From the NCBI RefSeq assembly GCF_022701215.1, contig NZ_CP089976.1:840001-872000 (forward strand): a stretch of 32,000 bases of DNA, in the 5' to 3' direction. The DNA comes from Moraxella nasovis (GTDB lineage: Bacteria > Pseudomonadota > Gammaproteobacteria > Pseudomonadales > Moraxellaceae). Of this stretch, positions 1 through 6,700 are shown piece by piece (positions within the stretch are counted from its first letter, which is position 1; every line of letters begins with the position of its first letter). The position numbers were made by a program, and so were the translations under genes. Below the pieces are notes generated by a model that did no database searches, was not told where the DNA came from, and was given only the letters and a program-made list of their open reading frames with translations.

Positions 1-3
1 AGG

Positions 4-127
4 GTTCACCACCGCTTAGGTGGCTTAGAAAATTGTATAATTTTAAAATATGTTTACCACCGCTTAGGTGGCTTAGAAAGTTATATGATTGTAAAAAAGG
101 TTTACCACTGCAGAAGTGGCTTAGAAA
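4..127 (+). CRISPR. Three 28-nt type I-F-like CRISPR repeats (4-31, 52-79, 100-127) separated by 20-nt AT-rich, mutually related pseudo-spacers. Not a normal adaptive array; candidate repeat mimic or mini-array. May continue left of the window.
   Basis: R1 GTTCACCACCGCTTAGGTGGCTTAGAAA; R2 GTTTACCACCGCTTAGGTGGCTTAGAAA; R3 GTTTACCACTGCAGAAGTGGCTTAGAAA. Same 5+5+5+5+8 layout as the canonical I-F repeat GTTCA-CTGCC-GTATA-GGCAG-CTAAGAAA. R3 keeps the stem through a compensatory change (CCACT/AGTGG). Period is 48 nt. Confidence 0.6.
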
Positions 128-161
128 ATTATATGATTGTAAATCAGTAATAACTACCAAT

Positions 162-190
162 AAACCCCCAAACTTTGGGGGTTTATTTTT
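162..190. terminator. Bidirectional intrinsic terminator shared by the repeat cluster (+) and the endolysin gene (-)
   Basis: AAACCCCCAAACTTTGGGGGTTT hairpin, followed by ATTTTT on the plus strand and TTTATT on the minus strand. Confidence 0.75.
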
Positions 191-758
191 ACTTAAGCCC
201 TACTAGATACGTTGTCCGACCGCCACGCTTAACAGCTGTTAGAAACTGACTTCGCTGGTCACCAGCATTTGACTTGTAGCCTAAATGTATCCATGTGCTA
301 TTTTCGTCAGGGAATTCTAAAATAAGCTGGTCAAACTTTTTTAGCTTGTCTTTTAAAAAGTTAGCAATTTGTCGTGTTGTGCCAAATTCAGGACACTTAA
401 AGTCAATTGCTCGCCCAAAAGTGTGTGCTGATGTATTAGACCCACCCACCGCACGATTGACATTGGGCGAACGATAACCGCTAGATATATGAATGGGTTT
501 TCCAAGCAGGTCTCTGACAGGTTGCCACAGATTTACGCTACTATCTATCAAGTTTTGCAATACCCCAGCATCAGGGATATTATCAATGCCACGAGCTTTT
601 GCGGTATTGCTGTGTAATAGCTCGTTTAAGCTGATGTTTTGCGTGATTTTAATCGTCTTGCCTACAGCTAAAGCGTGCTTTAATGCACGCTGTGACTGCA
701 CCCCCCACACGCCGTCAGCAGGCGTGTTTATTTGTTCTTGAATGTGTTTGATGTTCAC
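189..758 (-). CDS. Endolysin, peptidase M15 (VanY / L-Ala-D-Glu peptidase-like) with an N-terminal peptidoglycan-binding-like segment
   Basis: Motif SGYRSPNVNRAVGGSNTSAHTFGRAIDF followed by WIHLGY (Zn ligands H..D...H). DGVWGVQSQRAL near the N-terminus. Confidence 0.85.
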   Translation of the reverse strand: MNIKHIQEQINTPADGVWGVQSQRALKHALAVGKTIKITQNISLNELLHSNTAKARGIDNIPDAGVLQNLIDSSVNLWQPVRDLLGKPIHISSGYRSPNVNRAVGGSNTSAHTFGRAIDFKCPEFGTTRQIANFLKDKLKKFDQLILEFPDENSTWIHLGYKSNAGDQRSQFLTAVKRGGRTTYLVGLK

Positions 759-1870
759 TCAAATCCCTCAACTTCTAAGGCGTCTGTGACTGCTGGTACT
801 TCAACGAGTTTAATCACACTAAGGCGATTTTCAAGCATAGCTTTAGTAATGCCTTTTGTGATGGTTGTGATGTCTTCTGGCAAGATTTTAACCGCTGCAG
901 CAGCCGTCAGTTTAGCTTGAGTTACCTTGTCATTTAAGGCGATAAGCTCATCAACGTCTTTTTGACTGATAATCTTATATTTGTCAATCTCTTGTCGCTT
1001 ATTGTATGCTATCTGCAAAGCTTGTTCAGCGGCTTTCACTCTAGTTTCAGTACTCTCAGGAATGCTGTCTAAGACAAGCCTTACTTCGTTTGCGTCTTCT
1101 TTTGCAGTATAATATTTTGAACTAAATAGACCAGCTGGCATATCATGTTTACCAGTTCTGTCTTTAAACTTAAAAACAAATTCATGTAAACCCTTACTAA
1201 ACGCATCGTCAAGATTAAGAAGAACCGCCCCATCAGGTGTAATGACAGTATCTTCATTAAAATTGATGGTTACGTCGCTGTGGTCATTTATAGCAATTAC
1301 CCGACCAATAAAATCTTTTAAGTTTACCTTAGGGGCTATAACGGGTTCTCCTTGATACGTAAGATGCAAATAAAACTGCAGAATACCATCATCACGCTTT
1401 TTGGCAGTGATATGCCAATCATCAGCTATTGGATAACTGGGCGTGCTTGTCTCATCTTTATGGTCTGAATGCTCCATCACTTCTGAATAATCACTATACC
1501 CATCATTATCGGTGTCTTTGTTATCAGGATTTGTGCCGTATTTTTCGTATTCATCATAATCTGTGATGCGGTCATTATCTGCATCTCTTTGTTTTTCGGT
1601 TAAAGCAACGGTTCTTAAAGCACGAGCCATTAATTTATCAAGCCCATCTAGGCGTGCCTTATTCTCACCATAATTTGCATCGATTTTTTCATTGATTTCA
1701 GCGATTTTTTTCTCAATGTCATCAATGCCTACCGTTTTATCGGTGCTTGTTGTTGTTTCGGTGTTGCTTGGCAACTTGTTAAGTTTATTATCAATCTTAG
1801 TCAAAAGCTCTTTAATCTCTATGATGTGTGTTGTGATAAGCTGTAATACGCTAGAAATGGTTGGTTTCAT
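755..1870 (-). CDS. Distal tail fibre / receptor-binding-like protein with N-terminal coiled coil and thrombospondin type-3-like Ca-binding repeats
   Basis: DADNDRITDYDEYEKYGTNPDNKDTDNDGYSDYSE matches the DxDxDGxxDxxE / GTdPxxxDTD pattern. Lies after gpJ and the fibre N-terminal gene. ATGA overlap with the endolysin. Confidence 0.5.
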   Translation of the reverse strand: MKPTISSVLQLITTHIIEIKELLTKIDNKLNKLPSNTETTTSTDKTVGIDDIEKKIAEINEKIDANYGENKARLDGLDKLMARALRTVALTEKQRDADNDRITDYDEYEKYGTNPDNKDTDNDGYSDYSEVMEHSDHKDETSTPSYPIADDWHITAKKRDDGILQFYLHLTYQGEPVIAPKVNLKDFIGRVIAINDHSDVTINFNEDTVITPDGAVLLNLDDAFSKGLHEFVFKFKDRTGKHDMPAGLFSSKYYTAKEDANEVRLVLDSIPESTETRVKAAEQALQIAYNKRQEIDKYKIISQKDVDELIALNDKVTQAKLTAAAAVKILPEDITTITKGITKAMLENRLSVIKLVEVPAVTDALEVEGFE

Positions 1871-1871
1871 G

Positions 1872-2204
1872 TTATGCTCCTGTAGTTAGTGCGGTTTCAA
1901 TGGTTTGTAAGATGTCATTGTCAATATGACTTTCTAGGGCTTGTAAGCGATTTTTAATGTCACCGATTTGCTTTAGCATTTCTGCTGTTGCCGAGCTGCC
2001 TTGTAGTGCGTCCTCAATTTCTTTTAATGTGTCAAACGCACTGCTTGCCCCATCTGTGATGTTGTGTACTTTTGTAGCAACTTCGTTAATTGCCCCTGCC
2101 AGCGTCTTATCATTTGTGCTAAGGTTTTGGGTATCGCCTATTTTCTGCTTGACGTTATAGACAGCGATAGCGACTTTTTTCATTGCTTGGGTTGTTTGGC
2201 TCAT
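1872..2204 (-). CDS. Tail fibre-like protein (N-terminal fibre motifs only)
   Basis: NLSTNDKTLAGAINEV and AFDTLKEIEDAL are motifs common in phage fibre proteins. Abuts the next gene. Confidence 0.5.
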   Translation of the reverse strand: MSQTTQAMKKVAIAVYNVKQKIGDTQNLSTNDKTLAGAINEVATKVHNITDGASSAFDTLKEIEDALQGSSATAEMLKQIGDIKNRLQALESHIDNDILQTIETALTTGA

Positions 2205-2205
2205 A

Positions 2206-2334
2206 TCATTCTCCGTAGGTTAGCCAGTGTTCTACTAATAGGACCAACTCGCCTTCTTGTTCAGGCAAATTGATGGGTGTAACATCGTCGATTTGAACTT
2301 CGATGTCTTGTTCAACGTGTAGCTCTATTTGCAC
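2206..2334 (-). CDS. Small acidic ORF, 42 aa, GTG start (VQIELHVEQDIEVQIDDVTPINLPEQEGELVLLVEHWLTYGE)
   Basis: Fills the gap between two genes. AGGGGA lies 6 nt upstream of the GTG. The TGA stop is 1 nt before the next ATG. Below the ORF-track size cutoff. Confidence 0.35.
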   Translation of the reverse strand: MQIELHVEQDIEVQIDDVTPINLPEQEGELVLLVEHWLTYGE

Positions 2335-2337
2335 ATA

Positions 2338-2688
2338 TCATCCCCTTTTTGTCATGTCATGGGTAAGGCTTATCACCCCCTGCACAAGCGTCTTAATACG
2401 CCCATCTTTCATCGTTGCTTGTAAGTCGTATTTTGCCATTGACCATGTTGCGTTATCTGTCATGTCGTGCGAAAAGTTCACGATAATAACGCCAGTATCT
2501 ACAATAAAAATGCCGTCATCGCTAGACAATGACAGCACTTGTGTACGCTTAGTTTTAGTTTCAGTGTATGCTTGTAAATCAAGCCTTGCAATTTGGCTTG
2601 TGTCGTATGGTGCATCGCCTTGCGTAAATCTAAATCGCTTGGCAATATCATCACCACGATACAAGCTAAGTTTGATTTTTGGTGGCAT
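2338..2688 (-). CDS. Hypothetical phage protein (beta-rich, fibre/baseplate-associated by position)
   Basis: ORF overlaps the upstream gene by TAATG. No motif I can name with confidence. Confidence 0.5.
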   Translation of the reverse strand: MPPKIKLSLYRGDDIAKRFRFTQGDAPYDTSQIARLDLQAYTETKTKRTQVLSLSSDDGIFIVDTGVIIVNFSHDMTDNATWSMAKYDLQATMKDGRIKTLVQGVISLTHDMTKRG

Positions 2689-3008
2689 TAGCTCCCCTTG
2701 TTGATTACGTTGTCATAGATTTTGGTTAACTGATTGATGGCATTACCGCCCAAGTGTCCGCTGATTGCCACAGCCACAGCGGTGATGTTTAAGGATAATT
2801 CCCATTCACGGCACAGTAAAAAGGTTGTAAGACCTGCAAAGCCACTTAAAAACAGTTCACCAAATAAGTTTAAAAATATCTTGCCTAATGGCTTAGGTTC
2901 GGTGGCAGTATTAAGTCGCATGATAAAGCTTGCCAAGCCACCTAATAGCGATAACACAAGCACATAAGGCAAGGTGACTAAGACTTGAAGCCACTGGTTT
3001 TCTGTCAT
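2688..3008 (-). CDS. Putative holin (three predicted TM segments, LydA-like appearance)
   Basis: 106 aa with hydrophobic stretches LQVLVTLPYVLVLSLLGGLASFI, LFGELFLSGFAGLTTFLL and ITAVAVAISGHLGG, and a polar C-terminus. GGAG lies upstream of the ATG. Confidence 0.5.
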   Translation of the reverse strand: MTENQWLQVLVTLPYVLVLSLLGGLASFIMRLNTATEPKPLGKIFLNLFGELFLSGFAGLTTFLLCREWELSLNITAVAVAISGHLGGNAINQLTKIYDNVINKGS

Positions 3009-3017
3009 ATTTTCTCC

Positions 3018-3042
3018 AATAAAAAACCGCCCATTAGGCGGT
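3018..3042 (-). terminator. Weak intrinsic terminator/attenuator overlapping the stop codon of the 58-aa gene
   Basis: Minus strand reads ACCGCC-TAATG-GGCGGT then TTTTTTATT. Confidence 0.45.
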
Positions 3043-3210
3043 AATCCACTTATCGTCTATCCAACGCCAAGGCTTGACGTTATCAGGCGGTGGGGTTAGG
3101 GTGAAATCTTTATCATCGGATAAATCACGTATGACACCATTTGGATTACCCACGTCTTGATAAAGATATTGACCTGTTGTCTTGTCATAGACATAAATTT
3201 GAATGAACAT
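3034..3210 (-). CDS. Small phage protein, 58 aa (tail-fibre-assembly-like C-terminal PPP..W.W pattern); start moved to the internal ATG
   Basis: AAGGAGTAAC precedes the ATG at 3210, whereas the upstream ATG at 3240 has no SD. Sequence MFIQIYVYDKTTGQYL...TPPPDNVKPWRWIDDKWITA. Confidence 0.6.
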   Translation of the reverse strand: MFIQIYVYDKTTGQYLYQDVGNPNGVIRDLSDDKDFTLTPPPDNVKPWRWIDDKWITA

Positions 3211-3268
3211 GTTACTCCTTAAAAACGAAAAAAAAGCCAAGTAACTTACACGAAAACGTATAATTTAC

Positions 3269-3297
3269 TTGACTTTTATTATAGGTTAATCTATAAT
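3269..3297 (+). promoter_or_regulatory. Consensus sigma70 promoter driving the plus-strand moron
   Basis: TTGACT (3269-3274), 17-nt spacer, TATAAT (3292-3297). Confidence 0.75.
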
Positions 3298-3375
3298 AAC
3301 ACCAACTTAGCAAGTGGTGGCACACTTGACTAAGGAAGCCCCAAAAAGGGAATATCAACCAACAGGAGATAACCA

Positions 3376-3429
3376 ATGAGAGTAGTCATTGTGATTATCT
3401 TGGTGTTATATAGCCTGCCAGCTTACTAA
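3376..3429 (+). CDS. 17-aa hydrophobic mini-ORF MRVVIVIILVLYSLPAY, candidate Ibs-like type I toxin
   Basis: AGGAG (3364-3368) lies 7 nt upstream of the ATG. Composition, length and C-terminal PAY resemble E. coli Ibs peptides as I recall them. About 75 nt downstream of the consensus promoter. Confidence 0.45.
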   Translation: MRVVIVIILVLYSLPAY

Positions 3430-3460
3430 CATCAAGCACCTAAGGGCATAGCCTAAGGTG

Positions 3461-3482
3461 GAGTTAGGGGAAACCCTAGCTC
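3461..3482 (+). other. 9-bp stem with GAAA tetraloop between the mini-ORF and the RHH gene
   Basis: GAGUUAGGG-GAAA-CCCUAGCUC, with one G-U pair. Confidence 0.5.
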
Positions 3483-3497
3483 ATCTCCTTAAATCTT

Positions 3498-3525
3498 ATA
3501 ATAACACACCACAGGAAAAAGTCAA
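3498..3525 (-). promoter_or_regulatory. Near-consensus sigma70 promoter convergent with the moron transcript
   Basis: Minus strand TTGACT (3525-3520), 16-nt spacer, TATTAT (3503-3498). Confidence 0.5.
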
Positions 3526-3726
3526 ATGCCAAAATACACCACAAATCCAAAATCACGCAATCAAATCCAATACGACAGCGATGCCAAGCGTGGCATGAAA
3601 ACCAAGGGCTTTAAGCTACACATAGACGACATCGCCATGATTGAACAGACCGCCAAACGCTTAGGTATTCCCCAAAACGAGCTGATTGTTCGTGCGGTGT
3701 TAGCGTTTGACCATCTAGACAATTAA
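3526..3726 (+). CDS. Ribbon-helix-helix (CopG/Arc/MetJ-like) DNA-binding protein, 66 aa
   Basis: KGFKLHIDDIAMIEQTAKRLGIPQNELIVRAVLAF fits a beta-strand/helix/helix RHH layout. Its stop codon overlaps the gpJ stop (TTAA). Confidence 0.6.
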   Translation: MPKYTTNPKSRNQIQYDSDAKRGMKTKGFKLHIDDIAMIEQTAKRLGIPQNELIVRAVLAFDHLDN

Positions 3727-6700
3727 AAGTACTTAAATTTAATGTTTTGATGGTCAATAAAATCACCTAAAAGCGTGATTGAGCTTTCACCGCCCCAGTT
3801 ATTGACGATAAGGCGTATCGTATGTTCGCCAGCTGGCAGTTGCAAATTAACGATTTTTCGTTCACGACCGCTATGCTGAAATTGCAACGTTTCATCAACA
3901 TAACAAAATAACGTATCATCAGCATAAACAAGCTTTTGGCTAACTTGTGTTGCCCTTTCAACAGTTACTTTCATCTCGTACATCGTAGCAGGAGTTTGAG
4001 AGCCATCACGCTGTGATGTAACGTGCTGAAGTCCGCCCAAAGACGGCAATACATGGCTATACTCGTAATCAAAGATTTTGGCAAACTTAGATGATTCTTG
4101 TTTAAACTGCCTAATTTGTTCTTCAAGCTCACGTATTTCACGACTAAGATTAATAATTAAATCGTTTTTTTCCGATTTTTCGGACAAAATTTTGTCAACG
4201 TTAAAATCCCAGCCCAAAAGTGAAAAAAGAGTTTGATTTTTTTCTTTTAGCAGTCGCTCTTTATCAGCCAGCTGTGCTTTAGCTTGTTCATCAAATGCAC
4301 CAAATTTATTAGGCTGGTTAATATCAGCTTGTGTTAAAACACGATTGGCATAATAAACCTTATAATGCGGAAATAAGACGGTTTCATCTAGCTGATTAAT
4401 GCCAATTTTACCTTGCAAGCGTTCAGCCTTAACAATACCACCAAACACACCGCTTTTGGCAGTCAGGTTGCCTTGTGCATCCACGATAAACTTATCATTA
4501 ATGTTAATTGTACCACCGCTGATGATGACATCGCCTTGCATATACATACCAGCAGGTACAGTTATGCCATTTATCGTCTGTGGGTGAGTTAATACCGTAA
4601 ACGGCTTTTTACCATCATTAGGATTGCCCAAATAAAACTGGTCAGCGTTAATGCCAAATCGGCTAGTAACACGCCCATTTTTAAGCTCGCTGATAAGCCC
4701 ATAGCCACTGATGACACCGTTATTATCCACCGTAACCGCTTTAATCGCACTTACGCCATCAATAGACTGCTCTACGTTACGGATTTTGGTGCTATAGCCG
4801 TTTACGTTCGTTTCAAGCTGTCGCACCTTTTCGCTGGTGGCTCGGATAGTACCGCCTTGCTGTGTAACCGTACTTGTCAAGCTGTTTAAGGCACTAGCAT
4901 TCGCTTTATTGCCAAGGTTTTGATTAAGCTGGGTTAGCTGTTGCCCTTGACTTGTAATATCACGCCCCTGCTGGCTAACGGTGCTTGATAGGCTACTGAC
5001 AACTGAACTGTCTGCTTTGCCATTTAATCTTGAATTAAACTGCCGAACTTGCCCACTGACCACGTTATCGGTTTGGGCTTTGGTGTAGTAGTTATTTAAG
5101 GCACTGGCACTAGCTTTACTCCCCAAATCTGCCCTTAATCGCTCGGTTTTTTCGCTTAACGCTTGTGTAGCCGTTGTCTGTGTCTGCTTAAACTCGGTTA
5201 AGTCAGCACTCACATCATCTATCGCCCCATCTATCACCTTTAAGCTTGCATTTGATACAGATATACGGCTTGTGTCACGGATATTGGTGCGATAAAAATG
5301 CAGTGCGTTATTACCGCTTATCCCAGCGTTCCACGTCAGCTGTTGGGGTGTGCCGTTGGCTGTGATACGCCCAATGCTATTTGCCCCTGCTGCACTTGAG
5401 TTATAAACAAGTAGCTCACTTTGGGGGTCGGTGGTGATACTAACTAGCACCTTTTGCCCTGTAGCTATGTTTTTTACGATGGGATAACTTGCCACCAAAA
5501 ACTGGTCCGTTGTACTATTTGTGGTATTTTGTAATAAGTTTTTAGAATTAAGCACCCCATCAAAGCGTGATTGCAAGCCATCAAGCCGTGATGATGCCGC
5601 CTGTGTGTTATCACTAATGGCGTTTACCTGCTGTACTACCCCTGCTACAGCCCTATCATTAGCCGTCTTGTAGCCATTTAGCTCTGATAAGGTTTGGCGG
5701 TTGGCGTCGCTGACATCATCAATACGCTGGGTTAAGCCTGTTTGCAGTCCGTTTAACAGCCCACGCACTTCGCCTGTTTTGGCATTGATGGCTTGCGTGC
5801 GGTTTTGGATTTCTTGATTGATGGCTGCCGTGCGGTTTTGGATTTCTGTCGCAAGATTCGTCTCATTTTGTCCGCTCTTATCATAGGCGGTGTTAATCTT
5901 ACCACGCAACGCATTATCTAGCATATCGCCTGTGATGTCATCAGATAATAGCGATAAAATCTGGCTGGTATCAGCAGACGTGGTAATCGTTTGCCACTCG
6001 CTCCAAGTACTCACATTGCCCAGCTTATCCACCGACCTTGCACGGTAATGGCGTGTCAGATTGCCTTGTAAGCCTGTAATATTAGCCGTGTTGGTCGGAT
6101 AGGCATATTGCCCAAGAATGCTAGTTGTTTGCTTATCATCACTCACCTCAATCTCGGCAAAGGCAATGTCTGTATCATCAGAATATTGCCATGATAAATC
6201 TATGCCAAATAATATGCCTTTACCGCTAAAGCTTGATAATGGCTTAGGCGGTGCGGTTTTATCGGTGATGGTGGTCTGATGGCTTAGCGTATAGCGACTG
6301 CTGTTGCCAAAGCCGTCCACCGCTTTTACTCGTGCCAGATATTCACCTGCTACTGCGTTATCAATATCAATACTAGTAGCGGTCGTTTCACCTAATAGCT
6401 TCCAGCCTGTGCCGTCTTTATTGTATTCTACGACATAGTAATCTGCTGCTAAGACTTGTGAATAATCAATGGTGATTTTGATTTGATTTAAGCCTTGGTG
6501 CGTGTAGTTAAACTGGCTGATATTGACAGATGACGGTGCGGTAAGTACCTGCTCATGCACTTTAACAGGCTTAGGCGGTATGGTGTAGCCGTGTTCTGCT
6601 ACGCTAAATTTAGCGATTTCATACTGCAACGCGGTGATGCTAAAGGTGTGGTCATCGTTATGCGTCATGTGCAAAATGCGGTAATTATCTGCCCCACCCA

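Larger units (their letters stand above)
3300..3491 (-). ncRNA. Predicted antisense RNA fully complementary to the mini-ORF and its RBS (Sib-like antitoxin candidate)
   Basis: Would start from the minus-strand promoter at 3525-3498. Possible 3' end at hairpin 3334-3306 followed by UUGGUGUUAUUAU. Extent is inferred, not observed. Confidence 0.3.

Noticed and set aside
4-127. Reading the repeat cluster as an ordinary adaptive type I-F CRISPR array
   Set aside because: Spacers are 20 nt rather than about 32 nt, and they are homologous to each other (14-17 of 20 positions shared). The unit is therefore a 48-nt tandem duplication, not acquired spacers. No cas genes are in the window, and the cluster is attached to the phage endolysin terminator. 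It is kept as a repeat-mimic/mini-array candidate instead.
3497-3502. The plus-strand TATAAT as a dedicated promoter for the RHH gene
   Set aside because: No acceptable -35 lies at 16-18 nt upstream (CCCTAG / TAGCTC). The hexamer is the reverse reading of the AT-rich -10 region of the minus-strand promoter. Co-transcription from the 3269 promoter is the simpler model.
5797-5847. 18-nt direct repeat GTGCGGTTTTGGATTTCT (5797-5814 and 5830-5847) as a regulatory or recombination site
   Set aside because: It lies in frame within gpJ and simply encodes the duplicated coiled-coil peptide EIQNRT(A/Q)AIN with an 11-residue period.
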